A stretch of DNA of 64,000 nucleotides from Escherichia phage PMBT57, in the sequence record MG770228.1. The stretch is one strand, 5' to 3'. The translations under genes and the position numbers were made by a program. The notes under the pieces were generated by a model. The model was not told the DNA's origin. It did not search any database and saw only the letters and a program-made list of their open reading frames with translations. Positions 11,701-21,346 of the stretch are shown here, piece after piece. Positions within the stretch are counted from its first letter, which is position 1; each line of letters begins with the position of its first letter.

Positions 11701-13307
11701 TCAGTTGCTTCAACAGCATCACGAATAGTAACTTCTGCTTCTGGTGCTTGAGCCATAGCTTCTTGTGCTGCCTGTGCAACATAGTCATCAGCAACAGGAG
11801 ATGCTTCTTCATTCTGCTTCATAACCCGTTCACCACGAGCTACCAAAGTGTTCTTAATAGGAGAAACAACCTTACCTGCTACACTACCAGCAGCTTTAAC
11901 ACCAGCCATTGTGGTACGCAATACAGGAGCAGTTGCAGCACCTGCTAAACGAGCAGCACCAGCCGGAGCCTGTACAACACCAGCAGAACCAAAGCCATAA
12001 AGAGCACCTAAACCAGCTTGTGTACCGACACCTTTAAGCAGGTCTTGGTTCTTATCAATGTTTTGTTGCTGTGCAATATTCTGAGCCAGTTGGCCTGTAG
12101 CACCCTGAACACCTTCTTCCACTGTTTCACGGGCAAGGTTCATACCTACAGCACCTAAAGAACCAGCACGGAAAGGAGCCATCTCAAAACGAGATACTAG
12201 AGGACCAGTTGCAGCAGCAATAGGTAATTGAATAGCAGCAGCAGTAAGACCAGTTTCAGATGCAGTTTGACGACGAGCCTGTTCAGGGGACATACCATCT
12301 TTAATATGTTGCTGATAAACAGGAGACTTCTCTAAGTCTTTAAGACTCATCTTCATAATTTCGTCAGCAGTTTGTTGGTATGCACCACCAGCTTCCATTG
12401 CACCAACACCAATCATACCTGGTGCAGCTCTGCCTACAGTAGAGGCAATACGAGCCAGTGACTGAGTACCAGTACCTGCATCAATAGCACCAGCCAATGC
12501 AGCACTACGAAGAGTATTTACTGGAACAACTGCTTTACCCAGTAAAGATGCACCCCTTAATACAGGACCAGCACCTAATAGAGAACCTACCCCTTCCGCT
12601 AACCCATCAGAAATAATAGAGTCAGTTTGAGCAGCGTTCTCAATTGAACCTACAAAATCACGTCCAAATTTAGATAAGGAAGCTACTATGTCATTAGTGC
12701 CTTCTTTCTTATCTGTTTGATACTGACGTTCACTCTCTACTTCACTCATTAAATTACGAGCAGCAAAGAGCTTACGTTTATCTTGTAATGCTTGGCTTTG
12801 GGTAGCATGGACAGCATCATTAAACTTACTCAATTGTTGGGCAATGACAGCACCTGCATCATCGTTGAGTAAGCCTGCCCCAAGAGCACCAATGCCCCCA
12901 AGGGTATTAACAAAACCAAGACCAACACCAGTAGCAATATCCCCCAGTTCTTCCCCAGGAGTTCTTGTAGTAACTGAATCATTAAATACCTGGTTCCCTG
13001 CATCAGCACGAGCGTTGATAAGTTGTAAGCCTTGCTCAACCCCATACTTATTCATGATTTGCATTGGAGTCAGATTCATGAAATCTGATTGCACTGTCCC
13101 TGGTTCAAATGCATTAGCCCCAACATTACCAGTACGGGCAGCTTGCATTTGATAAGCAGCATCAGGAGAAACAAGAGGAGTAGTGACACCTTGTTCAGCT
13201 TTCTTCTGGGCGGTTGCAGTAGAGACGTCAACTTGCTTTGCATTGGTTACGCTGTCTGCGAACCCAGCCAGTCTATCAAATACTGACATAGTAGGTTTCC
13301 TATACAA
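2787..13307 (-). CDS. virion-encapsidated RNA polymerase (N4 gp50-like vRNAP), 3506 aa
   Basis: Single 10.5 kb ORF; size and position at the start of the structural block are hallmarks of N4-like phages. Confidence 0.85.
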   Translation of the reverse strand: MYRKPTMSVFDRLAGFADSVTNAKQVDVSTATAQKKAEQGVTTPLVSPDAAYQMQAARTGNVGANAFEPGTVQSDFMNLTPMQIMNKYGVEQGLQLINARADAGNQVFNDSVTTRTPGEELGDIATGVGLGFVNTLGGIGALGAGLLNDDAGAVIAQQLSKFNDAVHATQSQALQDKRKLFAARNLMSEVESERQYQTDKKEGTNDIVASLSKFGRDFVGSIENAAQTDSIISDGLAEGVGSLLGAGPVLRGASLLGKAVVPVNTLRSAALAGAIDAGTGTQSLARIASTVGRAAPGMIGVGAMEAGGAYQQTADEIMKMSLKDLEKSPVYQQHIKDGMSPEQARRQTASETGLTAAAIQLPIAAATGPLVSRFEMAPFRAGSLGAVGMNLARETVEEGVQGATGQLAQNIAQQQNIDKNQDLLKGVGTQAGLGALYGFGSAGVVQAPAGAARLAGAATAPVLRTTMAGVKAAGSVAGKVVSPIKNTLVARGERVMKQNEEASPVADDYVAQAAQEAMAQAPEAEVTIRDAVEATDATPEQKVAAHQYVSDLMNATRFNPENYQEAPEHIRNAVAGSTDQVQVIQKLADLVNTLDESNPQALMEAASYMYDAVSEFEQFINRDPAALDSIPKDSPAIELLNRYTNLTANIQNTPKVIGALNVINRMINESAQNGSLDVTEESSPQEMQNVALAAEVAPEKLNPESVNVVLKHAADGRIKLNNRQIAALQNAAAILKGAREYDAEAARLGLRPQDIVSKQIKTDESRTQEGQYSALQHANRIRSAYNSGNFELASAYLNDFMQFAQHMQNKVGALNEHLVTGNADKNKSVHYQALTADREWVRSRTGLGVNPYDTKSVKFAQQVALEAKTVADIANALASAYPELKVSHIKVTPLDSRLNAPAAEVVKAFRQGNRDVASSQQKADSVNQVKETPVTKQEPVTSTVQTKTPVSEPVKTEPTTKESRPQAIKEPVSQSEKQDATLTNEDTIEQPTESVKETETSVKERTVTEELREGIDAVYPSLVGTADSKAEGIKNYFKLSFTLLEEQKSRTVGSEAPLKEVAQALSSRARYELFTEKEVANPAFNGEVIKRYKELMEHGEGIADILRSRLAKFLNTKDVGKRFAQGTEANRWVGGKLLNIVEQDGDTFKYNEQLLQTAVLAGLQWRLTATSNTAIKDAKDVAAITGIDQALLPEGLVEQFDTGMTLTEAVSSLAQKIESYWGLSRNPNAPLGYTKGIPTAMAAEILAAFVESTDVVENIVDMSEIDPDNKKTIGLYTITELDSFDPINSFPTAIEEAVLVNPTEKMFFGNDIPPVANTQLRNPAVRNTPEQKAALKAEQATEFYVHTPMVQFYETLGKDRILELMGAGTLNKELLNDNHAKSLEGKNRSVEDSYNQLFSVIEQVRAQSEDISTVPIHYAYNMTRVGRMQMLGKYNPQSAKLVREAILPTKATLDLSNQNNEDFSAFQLGLAQALDIKVHTMTREVMSDELTKLLEGNLKPAIDMMVEFNTTGSLPENAVDVLNTALGDRKSFVALMALMEYSRYLVAEDKSAFVTPLYVEADGVTNGPINAMMLMTGGLFTPDWIRNIAKGGLFIGSPNKTMNEHRSTADNNDLYQASTNALMESLGKLRSNYASNMPIQSQIDSLLSLMDLFLPDINLGENGALELKRGIAKNPLTITIYGSGARGIAGKLVSSVTDAIYERMSDVLKARAKDPNISAAMAMFGKQAASEAHAEELLARFLKDMETLTSTVPVKRKGVLELQSTGAGAKGKINPKTYTIKGEQLKALQENMLHFFVEPLRNGITQTVGESLVYSTEQLQKATQIQSVVLEDMFKQRVQEKLTEKAKDPTWKKGDFLTQKELNDIQASLNNLAPMIETGSQTFYIAGSENAEVANQVLATNLDDRMRVPMSIYAPAQAGVAGIPFMTIGTGDGMMMQTLSTMKGAPKNTLKIFDGMNIGLNDITDASRKANEAVYTSWQGNPIKNVYESYAKFMKNVDFSKLSPEALEAIGKSALEYDQRENATVDDIANAASLIERNLRNIALGVDIRHKVLDKVNLSIDQMAAVGAPYQNNGKIDLSNMTPEQQADELNKLFREELEARKQKVAKAKAEVKEETVSEKEPVNPDFGMVGCEHKASGVRILSATAIRNLAKISNLPSTQAATLAEIQKSLAAKDYKIIYGTPTQVAEYARQKNVTELTSQEMEEAQAGNIYGWTNFDDKTIYLVSPSMETLIHELVHASTFEEVYSFYQGNEVSPTSKQAIENLEGLMEQFRSLDISKDSPEMREAYADAIATIEGHLSNGFVDPAISKAAALNEFMAWGLANRALAAKQKRTSSLVQMVKDVYQAIKKLIWGRKQAPALGEDMFSNLLFNSAILMRSQPTTQAVAKDGTLFHSKAYGNNERLSQLNQTFDKLVTDYLRTDPVTEVERRGNVANALMSATRLVRDVQSRGFNMTAQEQSVFQMVTAALATEAAIDPHAMARAQELYTHVMKHLTVEHFMADPDSTNPADRYYAQQKYDTISGANLVEVDAKGRTSLLPTFLGLAMVNEELRSIIKEMPVPKADKKLGNDVDTLLTNAGTQVMESLNRRMAGDQKATNVQDSIDALSETIMAAALKRESFYDAVATPTGNFIDRANQYVTDSIERLSETVIEKADKVIANPSNVAAKGVAHLAKLTAAIASEKQGEIVAQGVMTAMNQGKVWQPFHDLVNDIVGRTKTNANVYDLIKLVKSQISQDRQQFREHLPTVIAGKFSRKLTDTEWSAMHTGLGKTDLAVLRETMSMAEIRDLLSSSKKVKDEISTLEKEIQNQAGRNWNLVQKKSKQLAQYMITGEVGNNLLRNAHAISRLLGERITNSPVADVAAIDKLTTLYSLELMNKSDRDLLSELAQSEVEGMEFSIAYMVGQRTEEMRKAKGDNRTLLNHFKGYIPVENQQGVNLIIADDKEFAKLNSQSFTRIGTYQGSTGFRTGSKGYYFSPVAARAPYSQGILQNVRNTAGGVDIGTGFTLGTMVAGRITDKPTVERITKALAKGERGREPLMPIYNSKGQVVAYEQSVDPNMLKHLNQDNHFAKMVGVWRGRQVEEAKAQRFNDILIEQLHAMYEKDIKDSSANKSQYVNLLGKIDDPVLADAINLMNIETRRKAEELFGKDELWVRRDMLNDALGYRAASIGDVWTGNSRWSPSTLDTVKKMFLGAFGNKAYHVVMNAENTIQNLVKDAKTVIVVKSVVVPAVNFLANIYQMIGRGVPVKDIAVNIPRKASEINQYIKSRLRQIDAEAELRAAEGNPNLVRKLKTEIQSITDSHRRMSIWPLIEAGEFSSIADAGISRDDLLVAEGKIYEYMEKLANKLPEKVRNAGRYALIAKDTALFQGIQKTVEYSDFIAKAIIYDDLVKRKKKSSSEALGQVTEEFVNYDRLPGRFRGYMESVGLMWFYNFKIRSIKVAMSMIRNNPVHSLIATVVPAPAMFGNVGLPIQDNMLTMLAEGRLDYSLGFGQGLRAPTLNPWFNLTH

Positions 13308-13356
13308 ACTTATATCTATTAGAAATCACACTATACCTAGTGTAAGGACGAGAAAA

Positions 13357-13372
13357 AAGCCCCGAAGGGCTT
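13357..13372 (-). terminator. terminator-like hairpin between upstream virion gene and vRNAP
   Basis: Stem aagccc/gggctt with tetraloop; on the minus strand followed by TTTTT. Confidence 0.45.
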
Positions 13373-13389
13373 TTGTATTATGGTAGAAA

Positions 13390-15324
13390 TTAACGAGGAA
13401 ATATATCAGGGATACCCAATCGACGCCCGGCATCTCTGCCTAAACTTCTCCGGTTTGCCTCGCTCTCTTCCTGTTTAATATTTTGTAGGCTCTTAATATC
13501 CAAATTCTGAGGGTCAGCAGCTACAGCACTACGAGCACCATCAAGAAGACGTTTAGCAGTGTTAACTCGCTCCTGATAGCGAGGTAGTACACTTCTAAGG
13601 TTTTCCTGACCGGTTTGAATACGACGCTGTACTTCACGTAAATCAGCAAGTGCAGTATCTAACGTATTCTGTGCTGCATAGATGTTTGATTGAATTTGAG
13701 CAGTAAGCTGATTACGGGCATTCTGTTCAATAGCAGTACCGGTAGTTGCAAGTTTTGCATTTGCTTCTACGGCTGCTTTATCCAGTTGGTAATCACCACC
13801 CAAATCAATAACATCAATATCAAAGGCATTTCGAATACCACTAAACCATCCCTCTGGTTTACCGGTGATACTACGTTGAATGATTGCTCCTGCCATAGCG
13901 GGAGAAATAGCATTCTGTTTTGCTACCTCATTGATTTGTCGAACCAGTGCACCTTGGTTAATGCCTTTCAGTTCATTGCTATCAATAATACGTTTAGCCA
14001 CCTGACCAGTCGTAGAAGGGTCAACAGTAGCAGCTTGGTATTCAGGCAGCAGAGTATTACCAATATTCTGCATATTACGAGTGCCAACAGTATTACCAGC
14101 AACAGAAGTGAATGCTTGTTCCTGTAATGGATTAATAGAATTACCTGTTTCTGCTTGAGCAATGTAATCCTTCATTTCATCCCATGACAGGTTCTTATAA
14201 GCACCAGGGGTATCATCTGGTAAAGCAGCCCATGTACTCTTCAGATTACCATTCTTACGAGCATTAAAAATAGCTTCACCCAGTTTGTCTTGGTTCTCCG
14301 GAGACATAGGAATGTTCTGCCAATCTTCACCAAATACCTTTGGAGCAAAGTCTTTAAGGGTATCTTGGTTAATCTGGTATGCACCAACAGGAGAAGCACC
14401 TAGTGTCTTCTTCATAGTGTCTTGATGCTGAACCACCTCACCTAAGTTCATCTGAGTAATAGGTACATCAGTTGGTGTGAACTTATAGGTAGTGTCATAT
14501 GCAGAACCATTCCGAGTACCCTGAGTACCAGGAGGAGATAGAGATGCAGAACCAGTTCCCGGAGTATATGCACCTGGATATGCTCTATCTAACTGAGATA
14601 GTGCACGACTTACTGCTCCTGGTGACATTTGGTCGAACGTACCCTCTGCAAGCATACGAGCATCGTCAGCACTGTATGCACCACGACGAATATTATTCAG
14701 TAACTGCATAGCAGCCTGAGTATCCGCATCGTTACGCATATCAACACCTAAGTCGAATAAGCTACGACGTTGACCAATACCAGCAGTACCCTGTCCTTGA
14801 AGGTTGTTCATGTAGTCCATAACAACACCAGCAGGAAGGGTTTTTAATACATCCCCATACTGAGCCTGTGCTGCCTGAACCTTTCTTGGGTCACCAGATT
14901 GATAAGCCAGAGCCAATTCCTGTAATGCAGGGGCAGCAGCATCAGTAGCTGCATTTACCTTCATGGTTCTGTCATTACTGTATCGAGTGAAATCCAGATT
15001 TTGTTGTTTAGATGCTTGGTCTAACAGATTGCCAGCACGATTATCTAAGTTCTCCATAGTACGAGAAGAAATTAGAGAAGGGTCATAGCCAGCAAATAAT
15101 GCTCCAGAAGCTAAGGCATTACGATACTCATTAGGGTCTTGGTAACGCATGGCTTCAGCCATAATTGCATCACCAGCTTGCTGTCTTGCAGAGTTTCGAA
15201 AATCACCTAATGCATTACTCAATCCGGCAGTGGCATTACCCAGCATATTGGAGAAAGTACGAATACTATCCCCAACACCAGAGAAAGAAGGAGCATCAAC
15301 ATTACGCCATGTAATTTGAGCCAT
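13390..15324 (-). CDS. virion/ejection protein (N4 gp51-like by position), 644 aa
   Basis: ORF track; synteny next to vRNAP. Confidence 0.5.
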   Translation of the reverse strand: MAQITWRNVDAPSFSGVGDSIRTFSNMLGNATAGLSNALGDFRNSARQQAGDAIMAEAMRYQDPNEYRNALASGALFAGYDPSLISSRTMENLDNRAGNLLDQASKQQNLDFTRYSNDRTMKVNAATDAAAPALQELALAYQSGDPRKVQAAQAQYGDVLKTLPAGVVMDYMNNLQGQGTAGIGQRRSLFDLGVDMRNDADTQAAMQLLNNIRRGAYSADDARMLAEGTFDQMSPGAVSRALSQLDRAYPGAYTPGTGSASLSPPGTQGTRNGSAYDTTYKFTPTDVPITQMNLGEVVQHQDTMKKTLGASPVGAYQINQDTLKDFAPKVFGEDWQNIPMSPENQDKLGEAIFNARKNGNLKSTWAALPDDTPGAYKNLSWDEMKDYIAQAETGNSINPLQEQAFTSVAGNTVGTRNMQNIGNTLLPEYQAATVDPSTTGQVAKRIIDSNELKGINQGALVRQINEVAKQNAISPAMAGAIIQRSITGKPEGWFSGIRNAFDIDVIDLGGDYQLDKAAVEANAKLATTGTAIEQNARNQLTAQIQSNIYAAQNTLDTALADLREVQRRIQTGQENLRSVLPRYQERVNTAKRLLDGARSAVAADPQNLDIKSLQNIKQEESEANRRSLGRDAGRRLGIPDIFPR

Positions 15325-15334
15325 GTGATACCTC

Positions 15335-15787
15335 TTAACGAGTTAAGCGATTAGCTGCAATGTAAGCATCAGCCGTAGATTGGTCACGATTTTCTGCAAC
15401 AGCACGACTACGAGCACGGTCTTCCAGAGCAGTGTTATAGGACTTAATCTGGTTATTCAGATTAGTGTTAGTAACATCTTTAGCAAAAGAGAACTGATTC
15501 TTAGCTAACTTGTTAGCCTGTAATGCACCATAGATATTACCCAGTGCATTAAGACCACCTAACCCCAACTGGAAGGTAGGAATGTTCAGACCCAGTTGGT
15601 CAGTAAGCCCTTGAGTCTGTCCACCGGTATTCCCTGTAGCACCACCAGTAATGTTCTGAAGCCAGTCATTACTAAGGATGCCGGATTGCATAGGGTTATA
15701 GTTCATGGTTGGGGTATTAAAGGAACCATATCCATAGCCAAAATTGCTTTGTGCAGATGGGGTTCCAAAAAGGAAATTAGTATCCAT
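15335..15787 (-). CDS. small virion protein (N4 gp52-like by position), Gly/Asn-rich
   Basis: ORF track; synteny. Confidence 0.45.
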   Translation of the reverse strand: MDTNFLFGTPSAQSNFGYGYGSFNTPTMNYNPMQSGILSNDWLQNITGGATGNTGGQTQGLTDQLGLNIPTFQLGLGGLNALGNIYGALQANKLAKNQFSFAKDVTNTNLNNQIKSYNTALEDRARSRAVAENRDQSTADAYIAANRLTR

Positions 15788-15800
15788 AAGGATTCTCCTG

Positions 15801-18458
15801 TTACGTATCTAAATCAAGCTGCAACGTTATATCTGCAAAGTTGGTAATCATGTTGTTAGACATATCAGCTATATCATGACCAGTCATAAGAGTACGGCTA
15901 AGGAATGAATCCAGTGGTTCAAATTGTTGGCCTACATTAGTTAGGTTCATTGGGTCAATGTAACCCATGCCCTCAGTGCCAAACATTTCCTCGTACTTTT
16001 CCTGAATGGTTTTCATCTGGTCACGGTACTCTGCCATAAGTTTCTCTGTCTTTTTGACAGTTTCCATAGCAGAAGCATTGATGTAATCACTTATGCCATT
16101 TCCTACAGATGAAGTGAGTTTAATGATGTTGTCTGCTTTCATCATTTCACCCAGCATCGTAGACATGGATGAACCAGTGGATAAAGCTGTGCCGACATTC
16201 ATGGCTACCATAGAGGCAATAGTAGCAACAATGATTCCAATCTTATCCCCAAGCAGACTAACAGAGACTGTTTGAATAATGGACATCAGAATCATAGCTG
16301 CAATGGCATTAGCCACAGCCCCAACGATAATAGCAGCTAACCCTGCAAAACCTAATGCAGCACCAATAGAAGCAGCAGTACCCATTACCCCAGCACCAGC
16401 AGCAGGGGTAAAGAACACAGACACCACTACTGCAACAACAACCACTACTACTTTAAAGATGCCAGACTGATACCATTTCTTCTTAACTTTCTTATATGAG
16501 TTAAGAACCAGATAACAACATGCTGTAGATAACTGAGTACCATTTACCAAAGACATACTACGGTAAATGTTGTTATGAAGAGGGATGATAAATCCAGACT
16601 CTTCATCATCATTTAGTGCATCTACACCAGAAATGCTTACAGATTTATTCTTGTAAACATTATTGTTATGGTTCAGGCCATAGACAGAAATCTTCCTCCA
16701 TGAGTTATCCCCATCCTGCCAATACATTGTTATCTTATCTAGCCTGTAGATAGTAAACCCAACTTTGTCATTACCCTTTTCAGAGTACATAACAGCTTTC
16801 TGCATAAGGACTACAGTACCTTCATAAGCAAACTTGAGCTGCCCTTTCTTGGCTCCAGAGAATGCTTTACCTGAACCAACGGACTCTTCAATGAAGTTCC
16901 AACTAATAGTCATGTTGTAATGGTATCCACCGTTAGAACGGATATTAATGGATTTAGAAGGTATTGTTGGGTATACGGGTCTTTTAGGGGGCTTCCCTAT
17001 GGGAATATCCCTATTACCACTACGAGATTCCCACCATTCCTGGTAAGCATCAAAGTCCCTGTTAGCCTGAGCAAAGCCTTCTACCAAAGCATCCATAGTT
17101 GGGTAGTTTGGGTCAGCAGGCATTGACTGATTCACTAACTGGAAGAATCTGTAGATGTACTCTTTAGCTGTATTTTCAGGACTATTAAGAGAACAACCAA
17201 ATACAGCATAGATATACTGAATATCACCAATATCTTTGTTCTTCTTTAGGTCATCCATAATGTCAGAAATCTTACCCCCTGTAGCCTTCTTAAAGGCTTT
17301 CTTACAAAGAGTATATGTAGAACCAGAAATCCAGTTCTTATCACTACGGATAGGGATGAATGAATAGAATCTGTTATTGGTTGTCTTATTAATAAACAGG
17401 GCATCAAGGACGGCATTACCACTGTTCTGTTTATAAATAAACAGTTGAGGCATACCACCAGCAGACATAGTAGTAACTACATCTGTATTCTGATAAGACC
17501 ATGTATAACCTAAAGTATCTGTAGTTACTGTAGTAGTTCTGGTTTCAGTAACCCCACCACCTAAATCAATAACTTCAGTGTTTGTAGTGGAACCAGTGGA
17601 TACAGTGCCAGTCTGTACCTGGGTCATTGTAGTCTTACGAATAATGATTAAGCCTACTTCACTTGGTTCACGAAATTCTTTCTCGTAAACATCTGAGAAG
17701 TTAGTCCAACTAACCTGTTCTTCTTCAGTATTGGTACTTTCCTCATCAGGTCTGCCATCAGAGAATACACTCTTAATATGAGTAACTGTCTTCAGGGTAG
17801 CTGACTTAGGAGTATGGTTCTGAGATACCTGAGTCCATTCAGAAGTAGAAGGTAAGTCATCAGCAGATGATACAGATACAGCAGGGTGAACCACTGGGTC
17901 TGCAACACTAGTAGGCTGTATGTAGTAATAGTTCACATACAGATACATTGCATCCTGACTGAAATTCTCTGGGTAAAAGGATAACTCACTACCATCAGTA
18001 GCAGTGAGTACAATCCTGTCATCATCCATGATGTCTATTTCAAACTCTTCAGTAATACGGTCTGGATAATTCTCATAGAGGAATTTATCAGCCCATTCCT
18101 CAAAATCACCAAATCCAATCCTACTGCTCTGAACCTGTACCTCATAACCTGCTTTTTGAGGAACTTGCCATTTAACTACTTCAGGGTCTATCTGAGACAG
18201 TATTGACAAGTTCCCGTAAGCAATACCAATTGAAGGGTCATAGTTAGTTGCAGCCCAACCAGGGAATCTACGTAAACGAATGCCAGGTCCATTTAAATAA
18301 GAGTCAGTGATGGTATCACCCATACTAAAGTCAGATTTACTGACGATGTTACCAATCACCGTAGTCTTTAAATAATTTGGACGTTTATGTATATCCCCTG
18401 CCAAATTGTAGACAGAGGATGCTACGTAGATTTTAGTCTTACTGCTAAATAGTCCCAT
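15801..18458 (-). CDS. large virion protein with long hydrophobic segment, 885 aa
   Basis: ORF track; about 100-aa Ala/Gly/Val/Ile-rich membrane-like segment. Confidence 0.5.
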   Translation of the reverse strand: MGLFSSKTKIYVASSVYNLAGDIHKRPNYLKTTVIGNIVSKSDFSMGDTITDSYLNGPGIRLRRFPGWAATNYDPSIGIAYGNLSILSQIDPEVVKWQVPQKAGYEVQVQSSRIGFGDFEEWADKFLYENYPDRITEEFEIDIMDDDRIVLTATDGSELSFYPENFSQDAMYLYVNYYYIQPTSVADPVVHPAVSVSSADDLPSTSEWTQVSQNHTPKSATLKTVTHIKSVFSDGRPDEESTNTEEEQVSWTNFSDVYEKEFREPSEVGLIIIRKTTMTQVQTGTVSTGSTTNTEVIDLGGGVTETRTTTVTTDTLGYTWSYQNTDVVTTMSAGGMPQLFIYKQNSGNAVLDALFINKTTNNRFYSFIPIRSDKNWISGSTYTLCKKAFKKATGGKISDIMDDLKKNKDIGDIQYIYAVFGCSLNSPENTAKEYIYRFFQLVNQSMPADPNYPTMDALVEGFAQANRDFDAYQEWWESRSGNRDIPIGKPPKRPVYPTIPSKSINIRSNGGYHYNMTISWNFIEESVGSGKAFSGAKKGQLKFAYEGTVVLMQKAVMYSEKGNDKVGFTIYRLDKITMYWQDGDNSWRKISVYGLNHNNNVYKNKSVSISGVDALNDDEESGFIIPLHNNIYRSMSLVNGTQLSTACCYLVLNSYKKVKKKWYQSGIFKVVVVVVAVVVSVFFTPAAGAGVMGTAASIGAALGFAGLAAIIVGAVANAIAAMILMSIIQTVSVSLLGDKIGIIVATIASMVAMNVGTALSTGSSMSTMLGEMMKADNIIKLTSSVGNGISDYINASAMETVKKTEKLMAEYRDQMKTIQEKYEEMFGTEGMGYIDPMNLTNVGQQFEPLDSFLSRTLMTGHDIADMSNNMITNFADITLQLDLDT

Positions 18459-18461
18459 GTA

Positions 18462-19370
<909 letters not shown>

Positions 19371-19382
19371 TCATTGGTTCAT

Positions 19383-19420
19383 TAAAAGAAAACGGCTCAC
19401 GGTTTTACCCAGTGAGCCGT
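19383..19420 (-). terminator. intrinsic terminator-like hairpin (minus strand)
   Basis: 9-bp stem acggctcac/gtgagccgt, T-rich tract on the minus strand. Confidence 0.45.
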
Positions 19421-19440
19421 GCTGACTTACAGATTAACTC

Positions 19441-20067
19441 TTATTGAGAGTCTACGCTACCAGCAGCAATCTGAGCAGCAGCCAGAGTTTGCAATTCTTC
19501 CTTAGTCAGTGGAGGCAGAACTTCAATGGCAAACTCACGTACCCATGCAGACGTAATATTAGGCTGACCATTCTTACCTTTGGTAACTCGAATGTTCAGG
19601 AACTTACGTTCTTTGAGAAAGTTATAAATACAGTAAGGGATGTGATAGCCCTCATCAGTAGCTTCACCAAATGGAACGAATTTACGAACAGTACCAATAT
19701 ATTCGTTAGCTACTGTAATAATCTCACCAGGCAGGTCTTTCTTCTTAGGGTCAAGGTTCTGAATACGTACTCGAACCAGCTTTAATTGTTCTAAGCGTTG
19801 CTGGTGACGTAAAGAAGTTGCCGTAGTTACTGTACCTGTAGACAGAGCCAGAGGATTAGGCTGAGGTTCTGCTGGTTCCTGAGCTTTATTTTCCTGTGCT
19901 GCTTCAATCTTCTTACGAAGAGTTTCAGCACTAATATTATTTGAGTATGAAATACCCATCATATTAGCTCGTTGTTTCAGCAGAGAAAGTTCATCAACCT
20001 TAACTTCATCAACGGTGTCATCGTTGCCCTGAGTTAAATCAGCGGTCGGTTTATCGTTAATGCTCAT
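19441..20067 (-). CDS. hypothetical structural protein, 208 aa
   Basis: ORF track; directly downstream of the capsid gene. Confidence 0.5.
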   Translation of the reverse strand: MSINDKPTADLTQGNDDTVDEVKVDELSLLKQRANMMGISYSNNISAETLRKKIEAAQENKAQEPAEPQPNPLALSTGTVTTATSLRHQQRLEQLKLVRVRIQNLDPKKKDLPGEIITVANEYIGTVRKFVPFGEATDEGYHIPYCIYNFLKERKFLNIRVTKGKNGQPNITSAWVREFAIEVLPPLTKEELQTLAAAQIAAGSVDSQ

Positions 20068-20083
20068 GTGTATATATCCTATT

Positions 20084-20111
20084 CATAAAGTAAGGGGAGG
20101 TTTCCCTCCCC
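20084..20111 (-). terminator. hairpin downstream of the major capsid gene
   Basis: Stem ggggagg/cctcccc between the 20130 stop and the 20067 start. Confidence 0.4.
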
Positions 20112-20129
20112 CTGATGTTAGCCCAACTA

Positions 20130-21335
20130 TTACAGCGGAGCTACAGTTTTAATAAGAGCCAGACGTTCTGGACGTTTAACCAGAATACCGTAGTACCATT
20201 TGATGCTGGAGAAGCCAGTTTCACCATATGGGTCATTACGGTCAGCAGTTTCTTTACCAGGCATCTTAGTCATAACGGTAAATTTAAGTGACTTACCGTC
20301 AGTCTGGAAGCCAATGGAGGTAAAGGAATCATCACCTACTACCAGCATTGGGTAAACGTCATAGTGCTCTTGGCCAGATACCATAGAGGTACGGTAACCA
20401 GGGTTAGCTCCAGTAGCCTGTGCACCAGCACCCGCCCAGTGCAGCATCTCTGGAACCTGAATGATACGGAACTTATCAATAGAACCGACTTCACCATTCA
20501 TGATAGTACCTGCATCAGCATAGTGCTGAGTTTCGATAAAGGCTTTATTACCGAACAGGTCTTTCATTGCTTTCAGTTCTGGAACCAGTTCAGAACCTAC
20601 ATACATGACACGAGTAGCACCGATGACTTTAGTATCAATCATACGGGAACCAGTGATGATGGTAGTCTGAGTAGGAGTACGGTTCTCCGTCAGAATCTGG
20701 TCAAGACGCATCAGGTTCTTATAAGAAACTACAGACGGGGTAGAACCTTCACCAGTGATGGTGGAATCAGAAGTAGCAGCACCAGCATACAGAACAGTAC
20801 CAGCAGCAGCCAGCAGGTCTTTTTGCAGTACAGCTTCAGTAATCTGAGTAGCACCATTCATCAGTTCACGGGACAGGTGTTCCATCAGGCCATCATCAGA
20901 ATCGAAGTCAATAGATTCCTGAGTGAACTCATAGAAGAAGCCAAACTTGTGAATAGAACCTTCACGAGCAATACGAGTAAAGCCAACACGGTTAACTCGA
21001 CCACCGTTTTCAGTCAGTAGAGGCAGTTTGGAGGTAATGTTACCGATGTCTTTGCTGGAACCATACAGGTTACCGTTAACGATGGTAGCACCACTTGCAT
21101 CAATACCCTGGTCATTGATGTTACGGTCATCCAGCAGAGGAACATATTCATATACCTTGATGGTCTTACCGTAATGCTTCGGCATGTTAGTTACAGAGGC
21201 CAGTGGCATGAAGTACTGCTCTTTACGGGCAGTGATGATTGCTTTCTTCAGCCAGAAGAAGGTTTGCATCTGGTCAGAGTTAGCACCATCAATACTAGAT
21301 TTCTGACCGTCAGTAGGAGCGTTATAGTTCAACAT
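20130..21335 (-). CDS. major capsid protein (N4 gp56-like), 401 aa
   Basis: Size and position between scaffold-like and downstream genes; terminator hairpin after it. Confidence 0.65.
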   Translation of the reverse strand: MLNYNAPTDGQKSSIDGANSDQMQTFFWLKKAIITARKEQYFMPLASVTNMPKHYGKTIKVYEYVPLLDDRNINDQGIDASGATIVNGNLYGSSKDIGNITSKLPLLTENGGRVNRVGFTRIAREGSIHKFGFFYEFTQESIDFDSDDGLMEHLSRELMNGATQITEAVLQKDLLAAAGTVLYAGAATSDSTITGEGSTPSVVSYKNLMRLDQILTENRTPTQTTIITGSRMIDTKVIGATRVMYVGSELVPELKAMKDLFGNKAFIETQHYADAGTIMNGEVGSIDKFRIIQVPEMLHWAGAGAQATGANPGYRTSMVSGQEHYDVYPMLVVGDDSFTSIGFQTDGKSLKFTVMTKMPGKETADRNDPYGETGFSSIKWYYGILVKRPERLALIKTVAPL

Positions 21336-21346
21336 GTCTCAATTCC

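Noticed and set aside
2958-13152. Many 60-140 aa ORFs on the plus strand inside the vRNAP gene (for example 6414-6800, 10644-11060, 12844-13152)
   Set aside because: They are antisense shadows of a 10.5 kb coding region, have low-complexity or Cys/Ser-rich translations, and lack start contexts; treated as non-coding.
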